Positions 1-11,288 of a DNA stretch of 64,000 nucleotides are shown here, in pieces. The position numbers and the translations under genes were made by a program. The notes under the pieces were generated by a model. It ran no database searches and was not told the DNA's origin. It saw only the letters and a list, made by a program, of their open reading frames with translations. The stretch is from Podarcis gaigeae (taxonomy: Eukaryota): assembly GCA_964106915.2 (NCBI GenBank), contig OZ066920.1. One strand, 5' to 3'. How positions within the stretch are numbered: position 1 is the stretch's first letter; every line of letters begins with the position of its first letter.

Positions 1-230
1 ACTAAGCCACTTCTGGCGAAGCAGAGCAGCATACAGAAACATTGTTTACCTTCCCGCCGGAGCGGTACCTATTTATCTACTTGCACTTTGACATGCTTTC
101 GAACTGCTAGGTTGGCAGGAGCAGGGACCGAGAAACAGAAGCTCACCCCGTCGCAGGGATTCAAACCGCCGACCTTCTAATCAGCAAGTCCTAGGCTCTG
201 TGATTTAACCCACAGCACCACCCACGTCCC
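1..230 (-). mobile_element. Sauria SINE (Squam1), cut by the window start
   Basis: The reverse complement reads gggacgtgggtggtgctgtgggttaaatcacagagcctagg...aacctagcagttcgaaagcatgtcaaagtgcaagtagataaataggtaccgctccggcgggaaggtaaac, the Sauria SINE head and core. Confidence 0.93.
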
Positions 231-439
231 TCTCCTTCCCCACATGCATCCCCTAAATCTACTCTGGGGCTTCTGTTTTCTTTGGAAGGTCCCAGTGAAT
301 CTCCTTATTCAACCTGTCCAGTACTGGTTTCTTTCCCTATACAGTATTCTCCCGGTATAGTTGGTTCCATGTTTATTTCTTAGGTTGTAAAACAGCGTGC
401 TCTAGATGTGATTGCAAGCGTGGGTTTCTGAGAAGATTC

Positions 440-793
440 ATGACAGAAAAAAGAAAGCATTTCTTCACACAGTTAAACTCTGAGGACTGCTACCGTAAGA
501 GGTAGTGACAGTCACCAAATTGGGTGGTTTTAAAAGGGGGTTAGTTAAATTCATGAAGGATACAGCTATACTGTATAAGTGTATATGGTTCTAGCCATGA
601 TGCTGTGATCCACCTCCACTGTCAAAAGCAGTATGCTTCTGAATACCATTTACTACAGTTCAAGAGAATGCCGTTACACTCGGATTCTACTAGCGGGGTT
701 CCCATGGACACATGGCTGATCACTGTGAGAACAAAATCCTGGACTAGATGGGTCTTTGTCCTGATCCTGTGGGACTCTTCTTTCTGTTCTTAT
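440..793 (+). mobile_element. Degenerate CR1 LINE 3' end
   Basis: Motifs aagcatttcttcacaca, ttttaaaagggggttagttaaattcatgaag and ggactagatgggtctttgtcctgatcc...ttcttat resemble the reptilian CR1 ORF2 end and 3' UTR. Boundaries approximate. Confidence 0.65.
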
Positions 794-808
794 ATGAACC
801 CACACCCT

Positions 809-949
809 GGGATAGCTCAGTCAGTAGAGCATGAGACTGTTAATCCCAAGGTCATGGGTTTGAGCCCCACACTGGGCACAATATTCCTGCATTGCAGGGG
901 GTTGGACTAGATGATCCTTGTGGTCCCTTCCAGCTTTACAATTCTATGA
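809..949 (+). mobile_element. Squam3-type tRNA-derived SINE with CR1-like tail
   Basis: tRNA-like head gggatagctcagtcagtagagcatgagactgttaatcccaaggtcatgggtttgagcccc followed by ttcctgcattgcaggggg ttggactagatga...cccttccagctttacaattctatga. Confidence 0.85.
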
Positions 950-1077
950 ACTTGCATTGTTCATAGAATCCTCCACCTTGAAAACTTCCACACTTTTCAC
1001 TAACTGAAGTTGGAGAATAAAAAGTATCCCTTTATTTATTGTCTCCCCATTTTCCTGTGATTTTTAAAATATATATA

Positions 1078-1303
1078 CAGTGGTACCTCGGGTTAAGTAC
1101 TTAATTCGTTCTGGAGGTCCATTCTTAACCTGAAACTGTTCTTAACCTGAAGCACCACTTTAGCTAATGGGGCCTCCTGCTGTCGCCGCGCCGCCAGAGC
1201 ACGATTTCTGTCCTTATCCTGAAGCAAAGTTCTTAATCCAAGGTACTATTTCTGGGTTAGCGGAGTCTGTAACCTGAAGCGTATGTAACCCGAGGTACCA
1301 CTG
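1078..1303. mobile_element. Tc1/mariner (Tigger/pogo-like) MITE
   Basis: Terminal inverted repeats cagtggtacctcgggtta...taacccgaggtaccactg flanked by TA. Same family as 24054-24295. Confidence 0.9.
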
Positions 1304-2243
1304 TATATAGATATATATAAAACCTTCAACAAACAATTTTCATTAAAACGTACACTGCCGCCTGAGACTTATGAATGACCCTGCCAGGCCAAGCTGTCAA
1401 CAGAGTGGCAATTTATATTATTACATCTGTTCAGCTAGAATACATTGCAGAAGAGTGTCTCAGCAAGTTGTATTGGAGACTGGTCAGCCAGTGACAGCAA
1501 AGCCCTCTTGATCCTGGGCCAGTGGCTTAATGAGACAGACCATCCGAAGCCAAGCTCCTGTTTCATATCCTCCCCTCCTTTCTCCAATGACCTCTGCGAG
1601 GCTTTTAGCTGTTTAGCAAACTGGCAAAGGCACTGTCCCTGACATGGTAGTGTCAATACTGTCTGAAACAGATAACCCTCCAATTGTAGAATTATTAAAG
1701 GTCTTTTGTCTCAGTTTCCCCTATTTTTAAACCACCTCAAATGCTTACCTCTATAAATGCACTGTGAGCATGCTACTAAATGGATGTTCACAGGAAGTTT
1801 GTCATTGGCCTCCAAATGGCTTCCAGTGACGATCTTTCACTTAAGAGGATTGCTTGCTAATGGTCACGGCTGACCAGCTGATATTCTTTTCAGTGGCAGC
1901 TAATGACTGGAAATGCCCCCCTATTGGGCAGTCCAACTGGATTCAACAAATGAGTCCCATTAGCAGAAGCCAGCCAGCACAATGTGGCTTCCCCCACCTG
2001 CTCCTCTCCTTGCACCTTCAAAAATGAGCTCTGGGAGGGTTGGGAGAACCCCCGTGACAGCGCTTGGAGGCAGGAGAGGGGATCATTCCATCTGGCAAGC
2101 TGAAAAGTTTGCACTGACAGATCGACTGCTATAGCACTATGTTGAATTTATCCCTCAATCTGCAAGGTGTTCCTGTATGAAACTCTCACCATCTTATTCG
2201 GCTGTGAATGAGATTTTATCACCATTTCATGACAGGATGTTTG

Positions 2244-2579
2244 TGTCATGAAGTCCATGAAGTGGGACTATTGTCCTTTGTTCTTTTCTCTTTTTGCTGT
2301 CTGATGAGAAAGAGGCAGGAGCTAAGTCAGAATGCTCCAAGTGTATTATATGTAAATAAAGTAGATTAGCCAAAATTCTGTGCTATTGGTTCTGTTACGC
2401 AAACTGCGAACACTCTGTGGATCTCTAAGTGTTCTGATGCCTTTTGGCATCAGTCGCTGTAATGTTCGAGCAGAAGAATGCTTTTGTAGCTCCCGAACGA
2501 TCGACCGGGAGGGAGAGAACATGCCAGTCGGGCATGTGTCTCTCCCAGGCTCCTACACGAGAGTAGGACACTCCTAACA
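2244..2579 (+). mobile_element. Possible LTR fragment
   Basis: Ends in cctaaca, has an internal aataaa and is CpG-richer than its flanks. No target-site duplication found and the 5' boundary is uncertain. Confidence 0.3.
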
Positions 2580-3543
2580 CCATATACCATCCTGGCTGTA
2601 AGTGCTGGCAGGGCCCTGACTGACTCTAGCTACAAAAGTTGAGTCTGCTAAACAGCCCCTTGAACTAGGATGTTGTTTGGGGATTTTTGCTGGAAGGATT
2701 GTTTTTTTATATATTTACTTTAGATCTGGATGTGCCTTATATGGAAACTGTTCAGCTTGGTTGCATATTTTTTACAAGTTTTAGTTATTATTACTATGTT
2801 TGTTATGTTGCAGTTATGTGTTTTTTCGCATGCTGCAAGCTTCCTTGAACATGGTTTGAATTATGGGAAGGTGGCACACTTTATCTAATGATGTATGTAT
2901 GTATCTTGAACTCCTTAGTGGGAAAGCAAGGTATATAAACCTTTTTTAAAACATAAAAACAACCTTCAGCCCCCTCATTCCCATCTGCAATATGAGAAAT
3001 CTAATACTGAGCTACTATATAGGATTATCATAAAGATTACTGAGGTAATGAATATGAATTGCTTTGGATACTCACTGCGCAAATGCAAATTATTGTTTTA
3101 AGTCTTGAATGTAATTTATTTCTAGAACAAAATCTTCAGAAAGGCTCAAAATGCCATGGCATATTTTAATGTTGTAAGGATATAAATGAAAATATATTTG
3201 CATTGTTAATTTATTATGGAGTTTTTGACCTATAGACAAGAAAGGATTTTTCTCTCTCTATGAAAAGCAGCTTGACATGCAAGCTTGTTAATTCTCTTGA
3301 TGTACAGCATCGCTGCCCTTTACAAATACAACCACTTTACCTTGTAGCTTATGATAATTATCTGATCAGATAGCAAACACAAACGGTTGCCATGTTCTGT
3401 ATGAAATGTCTTAAGACACAGAAAAGGGGAAGAGAGAGAAGTTTCTTTGCTAAAGTTGATTTGCTGCTCTAAGGAAACTCACATCATCCTTAAACTCGAC
3501 GCAAACCGTCTGCAGGAGCACAATAAAATTCACAAAGAAAACA

Positions 3544-3638
3544 CGGGGGCTCCGCCTTAGCCCCCCGTGCCCCACGGTCGCGAGGCTCCCCGCCGGCGGG
3601 GCCTCGGGCCGGGCCAAGCGCCCGGACGGTGGGGGGAA
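3544..3638 (+). mobile_element. Short GC-rich structured insertion with 19-bp target-site duplication, source unknown
   Basis: aaaattcacaaagaaaaca occurs at 3525-3543 and 3639-3657. The insert has 79 G/C in 93 nt (3544-3636), 14 CpGs and several inverted repeats. Confidence 0.8.
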
Positions 3639-4042
3639 AAAATTCACAAAGAAAACAGGAAAATACAATCACTTTGGAGCAAGCAAGATATCCAAGTTTC
3701 TGATAGACAGGAAAATCTCAGCAACACAGAGCAGGACACACAATTAGGCAAACAGATGGACTGTGTTATAATATTGATTTGAGTGATTGCACCAGATACC
3801 ACTAACGTAGCACAGCTACTGCCAGATAGGTAGGCAGCTGAGCCTGAAATCCTGTAGTCATTTGTACAGTATTAGTATTTTGGCTTTATGGAGAGGACCT
3901 GTGTCGTCTAGGCATGAGGCCGGCTAATTTTGCAGGGCTGCGCAGTAAATCAATGTGCTGCAAGGATAACACAGAGATAATAGGTTGTCAAACCAAGGCC
4001 CTGTGAAAAAGAATGCACACATTGCATCTGGAAGGACACAGG

Positions 4043-4045
<3 letters not shown>

Positions 4046-4083
<38 letters not shown>
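4046..4083. repeat. (GT)n microsatellite
   Basis: Seen directly. Confidence 0.97.
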
Positions 4084-4084
<1 letters not shown>

Positions 4085-5195
4085 GTTTTATTTTGTTCTG
4101 GCAACGCCTCCTGGATGACTTCTCTTTGCACACCAGCTCCATGGCATCCCTCCAAGGTAATTTGTGAACCTTGGTTCACACCATTTTCAAAGTAGGTCAT
4201 ACACGGTAATCTCAGTTGAGGAGAGATACCCCTGTCAGCAGCAGTCACTAGAGGATGCAGGGAGGACGGCAGCCTCGACCAATCACAAAGCTGGTATAAA
4301 TAAATAGCATGAGAGCTGTGGAACTGCACACGCTCCAAGGCCAGCAGCATCAAGGTGTTTGCCTTGTTCAAACAGCTGACAGACATGCTCTAACAGACCC
4401 AGAGCTCCCTCCCTCCCTCCCTCTGCCATTTATAGACGTACAAGGACCAACTGTTCTGCTGAGCACACCAGCGGCAGGGCTTAAATATTAACCATAATGA
4501 AAATACAGAATAAAGAGAAATCTAACCTTTACTCAGAGCCAGAATCTCAGCTAATGCTGACATATAAGATTTCCAGGAAAAGAAGTTACTATGGGCTTCA
4601 TATTACCATGCCTTAATGAGCCTCACTTAAGCATTCCTCGTTCCTATGTGAATCACTGCACATGTTATACACTTTGTAAATCAGAAATGCAGAACAGTGC
4701 ACATTCTTACAGAATGTAACATTTGCTATAAAGTTTCGCTAGGAGTTTAGGATATAAAGAACATGGGTTTATAAAGAATGTAGTAGGCTATTAACATCTA
4801 CATATGTATTAGGATAATAACACTTTATCAATTTGTAGAAGAATGTAAGGGAGTATATTACATTGCATTTTTGTGTATATTTTTTTCCTCTTTCTTATAC
4901 ACATCTTTGTTCTCCCCCCTCACATCCCTTCTTTTTTTCTCTGTATCACTTTATTTCTTTATAATTGAGATTTTTTAAAAATAAAAATATTAATGTTTTT
5001 AAAAGACATATAGGTCTGACATCTCATTTTAAGATTAAAGTTATAATTAAATCCCAACATTTACTAAACCCAGGTGTATAGAACCCTCAATCTTACAACA
5101 ATATAGATTTCTATGTGCAGAGAGTTTATATATATTTACTGTATATACTACATTCAGTTCTCCAACTGAATGGTTCAAAATTGTACAATCTAGAC

Positions 5196-5996
5196 CACGG
5201 GTGTCAAACACAAGGTCCGCGGGCCGAATTCGGCCCGCCAGACCTCGTCATGTGGCCCGTGTAGCCGCCGGCAGCCTTCACCTTTTATTCTCGCTTTTTT
5301 TTTTTTGGACACAAGAAAGCCGCCTCTTCAGCGCATGCGTGGCAGCCTACAAGCCAGAGAACGTCTGCCCTCTAGCGGCGCTGGCCGTTCTACACAGGAA
5401 ACCTCCACTTTACATGCATTCAGGAAACCTCCACTTGTTTTTATATTGAGCGCATGCCATCCTGTGATGTGACAGATCCAATGGCTGCCTGAACCCTTCT
5501 CTCCTGTACTGTAAGTACATATGATGTATGTGGGGGGGGGAGGGGGGTCTGCTTATTAGGGGGGGTCTGCTTATTATTCTGCTTAAAAGTCTGAGCGGTA
5601 AACTTTGGATATACTGACCACTTCCGTGTCACTTTACAGTAGTATAGGGACCATAAACTACAATCAAATAACCCAAAAATGTCCAAGAAAAGAAAAGTTG
5701 ATGCAGAGGGAAGGCAATTTCAGGAGAGATGGGAAAGTGAATACATGTTTGTGATTAATGGAGACAATAATTGTACAATAATTGTACATTTGAATATCTA
5801 CTTGCCATTATTCTATGTTTCTGCTTTCAGAGCTAGTTATTACTTACATTATTACAAAAAACAGTAATAATTGAATGCAGCGACAATAATTTATGATAAT
5901 AAAGAGTGGACACATAGTCCTACAGATACAACCGGCCCTTTGAGGGTGACCAAACTGCTGATGCGGCCCCCGATGAATTTGAGTTTGACACCCCTG
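5196..5996 (+). mobile_element. Internally deleted hAT (Charlie/OC1-like) DNA transposon
   Basis: TIRs cacgggtgtcaaac...gtttgacacccctg with a perfect 8-bp TSD atctagac (5188-5195, 5997-6004). ORF 5679 starts MSKKRKVDAEGRQFQERWESEYMFV, like Charlie/GTF2IRD2-type transposase N-termini, then leaves transposase-like sequence. Confidence 0.85.
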
Positions 5997-6443
5997 ATCT
6001 AGACAGATGATTCCCATCTAATATGCTATTTGACTGTAACTGAAAACTAGGAGATAGGCTTTGTTCAAATGAGTAACCATGTAAGAAAGTCTTAGGTCAC
6101 AGGGAGTAACTGTTGCTGGCACTTAGAAATCTGTGGGTGCTCCCTGCCCAGGGAGTAAGAATCCGTAGGGGTCAAAGGTGTCATATTGTCTAGTTTCACT
6201 TACCATCTTTATAGTTCTACTTTTGTCCAGCCAGACCCTGCCCTGTTTCCAATATCATTTTCACCCTCTTATGCTGGGTGTCTTCCAACTCATTCCACTG
6301 GTGACTTAGGATAAAACTATACCAAGCTTGGTGATGCATTGTTTGAGAGAGTGAGTGGTCAGCATATGTGGAGAGGCACAAAGGTGGCCAACATGGAAGT
6401 TGCCGGCACACACGTACACAGGTCTTCCCTGATCCATCTAGGA

Positions 6444-6579
6444 CAGGCTTCCTCAACCTCGGCCCTCCAGATGTTTTTGGCCTACAACTCCCACCATCCC
6501 TAACTAACAGGACCAGTGGTCAGGGATGATGGGAATTGTAGTCCCAAAACATCTGGAGGGCCAAGTTTGGCCATGCCTG
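6444..6579. mobile_element. hAT-type MITE (ctacaactccc family)
   Basis: caggc...gcctg ends, internal fold-back ccctccagatgt/acatctggaggg and a tctag target site. Related copies lie at about 10455-10592, 13185-13290, 33281-33416, 38620-38730, 52240-52325, 52866-52980 and 60930-61065. Confidence 0.75.
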
Positions 6580-7222
6580 GTCTAGAGTGTCCCATAAAGG
6601 TTGACCAACAGTTTTCTGGCAATGTCGTCACAAGGAGTACTTAATGCAATGATGTACTTACTCAGTGAACAGCCTACAATTAACTAGTGAATCAACACTA
6701 GTTGATGTGGGGGGGGGGAGCTGATGGAGATGCACACTGAGGAAAGTCATGATGACACAGTAAGAGTCTATCCCTTTACCTTTTACCTGTAAATGTTGGG
6801 TGATCACCATTCACAACCAATATGGGAGACTATTCTCCTGAGCAGCAGGGTGTTCCTGCCAGTGACATAAATATAAGAATGTACTTTTGTGGGTGATGCA
6901 AGGAAAAGGTCTAACCTTGATGGGCTAGAACTGGCTACAAGAACTGAGATTGGATTGGCAGCACATTTGTTTACTCTGCTTGAGGTCATTGGAAGAACTC
7001 TTGGAGCAAGCAGATCTTTACTCCAGTACTGGGAATACAAGATGGGGTGGCAGCCAAGATCCACATGAGTCCAGATGTAGATCTTCAGTTTTTGTTCAGT
7101 TCCTACTAGTGCTGCATGAGACTGTACAATGAAGTAGAAAAGGAGATATATAGTATCTGGAGAAAGAAGGCATTCTGGAACCAGTCTGATTTTCTCACTA
7201 GACCACTCAGATTGCACCAGTG

Positions 7223-7447
7223 TTCCAGTTACAGATAGGTAGCCGTGTTGGTCTGCCATAGTCAAAACAAAAAAAATTTCCTTCCAGTAGCACCTTAAAG
7301 ACCAACTAAGTTAGTTCTTGGTATGAGCTTTCATGTGCGTGCATGCATGGTATCTGAAGAAGTATGCATGCACACGAAAGCTCATACCAAGAACTAACTT
7401 AGTTGGTCTTTAAGGTGCTACTGGAAGGATTTTTTTTTGTTTTGACT
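7223..7447. mobile_element. Penelope-like element terminal fragment in inverted (fold-back) arrangement
   Basis: gttacagataggtagccgtgttggtctg followed by an inverted repeat of about 90 bp (7258-7345 vs 7362-7449) containing ttggtctttaaggtgctactgg. Flanked by the direct repeat attgcaccagtg (7211-7222, 7448-7459). Confidence 0.8.
7348..7389 (+). ncRNA. Minimal type I hammerhead ribozyme motif (Penelope-associated)
   Basis: UGGUAU-CUGAAGA-A-GUAUGCAUGCACAC-GAAA-GC-UC-AUACCA gives stem I UGGUAU/AUACCA, core CUGANGA...GAAA, an imperfect stem II, a palindromic AGCU helix III and a UC cleavage site at 7382-7383. Confidence 0.7.
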
Positions 7448-7861
7448 ATTGCACCAGTGGTTAAGGGAAATAAATTTGTCAAGGTTTGCAGAGATAACTA
7501 AGGGACTGCTATTCAAGATCACAAAGCTGAATTTATATTCCCTGTCCCAAAATTATTTGCCTTCTCAACTGAGTAGACAGTGTTCTCCAAACTATAGCTT
7601 CATACACAATATACCTTTAAAGCACACTGGAAGTGCATTCTTTGCCTCAAAGAATTTTGGGCACTGTTGTCTGTTAAGGGTTTATGGGAATTGTAACTAT
7701 GTGAGGGGTAAACTACAGTGCCCACAACTCCTTCAAGAAGGACTTTAAAGGTATAGGATGTGTACATAGCCTTCATAGTAGTTGAACTTATCAACAACTG
7801 CTTCTTGATGAGGAACTACTAAATGGAGTGTTATTTAGTTATATCAGCTTCCAGTTTGAAA

Positions 7862-7946
7862 TAACAGAATCAGAGAATTATAGAGTTGGAAGTGAACCAA
7901 GGGTCATCTAGTCCAACCCCCTGCAATGCAAGAATCTCAGCTAAAG
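7862..7946 (-). mobile_element. Squam3/CR1 3' tail fragment
   Basis: agaatcagagaattatagagttggaag...ggtcatctagtccaacc...tgcaatgca is the reverse complement of the tail seen at 880-949. Confidence 0.7.
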
Positions 7947-7949
7947 TAA

Positions 7950-8728
7950 ACAAGCATTTTGGTTTCCCTTTAAATGTCCCGGTCCTCAAACACTCTGCAT
8001 TTCAATAGGAAGAAAACTGCCCTTGCAGAGCTCAGGCGATGTTGGATTTCAGCATCAATATTGGCCCCTGTGAAAATATAAATGCCCAGTGATTGACACT
8101 TTCCAACGTTACACCATTGAGTTGCAGAGGGGTTGTTTTGTGCTTGTTGGTGCAGCACTTTGGTTTTTTGGATGTTGAATGATAGGCCAAGCTTTTCATA
8201 AGCTTCTGCAAATATATTTAGGATGGTTTGGAGGTCATCCTCTGATTGTGCACACACTATGTTGTCATCAGCATACTGAAGCTCTATGACAGAAGTCATC
8301 ACAACCTTACTCTTTGCTTTCAGCCTACTCAGATTAAAGAGCTTTCCATCTGTTCAATATACAATTTCTACCCTGGTGAGGAGTTTCCCTTTTACACAGC
8401 AATGAAAATAATAAATAGATTGGGACGATAACACAACCCTGTTTAACACCTGATCCCACTGTGAAAGGTTCACTTTGAGAGTCATTGTTGTCTGTGGTTG
8501 TTGCTGTCATATTATCATGGAGGAGCCAAAGGATGTTCACAAATTTATCTGGGCAACCAATTTTCAGAAGGACAGTCCACAGGGCATTACAATTTACAGT
8601 GTCAAAGGCCTTAGTCAGGTAAATAAATGCCATATACAGGGGTTGGTTTTGCTCTCTACATTTTTCTTGAAGCTGTTGAGCGGAGAAAATCATGTCCACT
8701 GTCCCCGTAGAAGGTAAAAAACCATTTT
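7950..8728 (-). mobile_element. RTE-clade LINE reverse transcriptase fragment (frameshifted)
   Basis: ORFs 8334-8834 and 7970-8302 give QNGF...TVDMIFSAQQLQEKCREQNQPLYMAFIYLTKAFDTV...SEPFTVGSGVKQGCVI and ELQYADD...LGLSFNIQKTKVL, which are RTE RT motifs. Confidence 0.92.
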
Positions 8729-8816
8729 GCTTCTGCGCATGTGGCGAAACCTGGTAAAATACTTCCGGGTTTGCCGCGTGCACATCCTGAAGTTTACATA
8801 AACAGAGGTATGACTG
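8729..8816. mobile_element. Partial Tigger-like MITE (one end)
   Basis: cttctgcgcatg...acttccgggtt...gaggtatgactg|ta resembles the right end of the cagtggtacc family elements. Confidence 0.55.
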
Positions 8817-10775
8817 TATTGCAACTGAGAACATTGATCCTTACCTTAAGACAGTGGGAGCCAGTGCCACTGGTAGTATTTATAACTTGCACTCATCAAA
8901 AATAGAAGGTTTTTTACTATGGGGTAAGCAAAGCCTTTTCGCTATGGGGCTACCTAGCTATTGAACATGAACTTTCAAAGAGAAGTTTGTTTTGCAGTGA
9001 AGAAGATCAGAAAAGGAAAGCTTTAAAATAGATTGGTCTGTTTTAGAATGCCTGGATTATATTTAGCTAAATCCTACTTTGAGTAGACCCATTCAAATTA
9101 ATGAAACTATGTCAGTTATGTTTATTAACTTCAGTGGGTCTACTCTGAATTGGACTAGCATTGAATACCATCTTTTGTCACTGTGCTGGTTACATTTTGT
9201 TTTTTTTGTTTTTAGACATCCAGTAAGGAAATACCTTTATAAGGACTAATAAAAAGTAACTGCAGGACTCTTCATGCTCAATGTTATGTCAAACAAAAAT
9301 AGCAAAAGTAGGATGAACCATGGTGTATTTTAAGAAACGTCAAAAATGTAATTTCAGAATTAAAATAGAAACTTTTCTTTCATGACTCATGAGGTTGTAT
9401 ACGTGCAATAGGAACATAGTATGTGTGGGGGAGGCAGCCTGTGTTACAAGTTTGTACTAGGCACAAAAATATGGTGTTTGGGCCTTGCTTGCATTCGCCC
9501 ACATAGCCATCGCTCTTCCACCTACCCACCCACCCCACTGCATCAAAACCCTGTTCCATTGATACTCCGGGAAAAGGGAGAGCACTGTGCTATATTTCCC
9601 TGCCTCTGTTTCTTTATTATTACCCAGAGGATCCCAACATGGCTGTTGAAAGAACTGCGGACTTTTTCTGGCCTTGAGGAACCTTCTATCTTCAAATGTT
9701 GCACTTTCTTCTTAAACATTTTTGTAAGGAGTAAAAAAACATAAAAAACATAAAAACCACAGCAGGTTTAGGAATACTTATAATAGTTGCACTTTTGCTT
9801 TTGACTGAGTCAGCAGGTAAATCTGTTTCCTTTTAGAACTTCATAAATATCTAACAAAACCTACTGAGAGTAAGGTATCAGAGACAAATGTAAATGCCTC
9901 TTTTTTAAAATAGCATTCTCAATCACTGTAATTATACCATGAGTATGTTTTTTAAAAGCATAGACATTTTGAATAATGTTCCAAATGCAGTTTCAAAGAT
10001 TCCTGCGGGGGGCAAAATTGGCTTTCTTTCACCTCTGAAGGGGGAAAAAAAACAAACCTGGAGCGCTAGATTTCATGGAAAGAGACAGATGTACTTTAGT
10101 TTGGTGTATATAATAGCAAGATAATATATTGTTTTGTACTGATTAAATGAAAGCATAAATAGCATTCATATTTCCCCGGTTTGTGTGTTTGGGAGGGAAA
10201 GCACATTACATTCTTGATCATGTAATGGATGGGGAAGGAAGTTTTGCTTCAAAAGCATAGCTATTTGCTACTGAAAAACAACATTTGCTTCTTTCGTACC
10301 AGTTTTAGAGAGGAGTGCAGAACTAAAGAAAACACATTTAAAAGATGCCAACAGTTAAATAATCTAGTGGTGTCTTGTTAGTGTATTACACCTTGGGGTG
10401 GGTGGGGAGGCTGGATGAGCTACCCACCAGAAGAGGTAGTGCTCAGTCTCTAAGCAGGGATGAGTAACCTGTGGCCCTTGAGATGTTGATGGGCTCCAGC
10501 TTCCATCAGTCCAAGCCAGTATGGCCAATGGCCAGGGATGATGGGAGTTGTAGTCCAACAACATAAGGAGCATTGCAGGTTCCCCATTCCTGCTCTAAGC
10601 TAATTTAAAAGGTCATACAATGGTTAGTGTAAATCATGTGTGATTTACAAAGGGGCCTCAAGCCTCTGCCCATGAATCAGGAGACACTCAGAGCGGTGGC
10701 GAGACCTTGTGTTTCCATCATGAGTTTCTACACCTTGGGCTCTCACCCATCAAGATCAGTACCTGAACCATTTAA

Positions 10776-10860
10776 TCACAGAATCATAGAACTGAAGAGT
10801 TGGAAGAAACCCTGAGAATCTTCTAGTCTAGTCCAACACCATACAATACAGGAATATGCA
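10776..10860 (-). mobile_element. Squam3/CR1 3' tail fragment
   Basis: cacagaatcatagaactgaagagttggaag...ctagtccaac...caggaatatgca. Confidence 0.6.
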
Positions 10861-10924
10861 GGGTTTTCCCCTGTTCTCCCTACCCCCCCCCCACAATCCC
10901 CAAATTTGCTCTGGATGGTTAGGG

Positions 10925-11049
10925 TAAGGTTACCAGATGTCTCCGTTTCCCGGGGACAGTCACCGGATTTACAAATCAGTCCCCATACAAAATCCATTGA
11001 AGTTCAAAAGTTTCCCCGGATTCATTGGGGGGAAAATCTGGTAACCTTA
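10925..11049. mobile_element. hAT (Tip100-like) MITE
   Basis: TIRs taaggttaccagat...atctggtaacctta with a perfect 8-bp TSD ggttaggg (10917-10924, 11050-11057). Confidence 0.85.
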
Positions 11050-11160
11050 GGTTAGGGGAACCCCTAGAACAAATTTAAGGGATGCTTGAAGGGAGATGAG
11101 GGAGGAAATACTGTATTGCACAAAAAGAAATCCCCACACTGACAAATGTGGTATGCAGCC

Positions 11161-11288
11161 CAGGGCTTCTTTTCAGCTGGAACTCACTGGAACTCATTTC
11201 CAGCGCCTGTTAGGTGGGCTATTATGAGAGAACACGGGAGGCGTACATGGTGAGTTCTGGCACCTCCTTTTCTAGAAAAATAGCACTG
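11161..11288. mobile_element. Probable hAT-type MITE
   Basis: Imperfect TIRs cagggcttctttt...aaaaatagcactg and an internal ggaactca/tgagttc fold-back. A related end lies at about 22340-22393. Confidence 0.5.

Noticed and set aside
809-881. tRNA-like sequence as a tRNA gene
   Set aside because: The cloverleaf is degenerate and runs straight into a CR1-like tail shared with other copies in the window, so it is a Squam3 SINE head.
4270-4500. CCAAT plus TATAAA and CArG/E-box-like motifs as a promoter or muscle enhancer
   Set aside because: The CCAAT and TATA motifs are only about 12 bp apart, the CArG-like site is imperfect and no downstream exon was found. Motif-level chance is likely.
5679-5867. 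62-aa ORF as a functional transposase or domesticated gene
   Set aside because: Only about the first 25 residues look like transposase, and the rest is read-through past an internal deletion.
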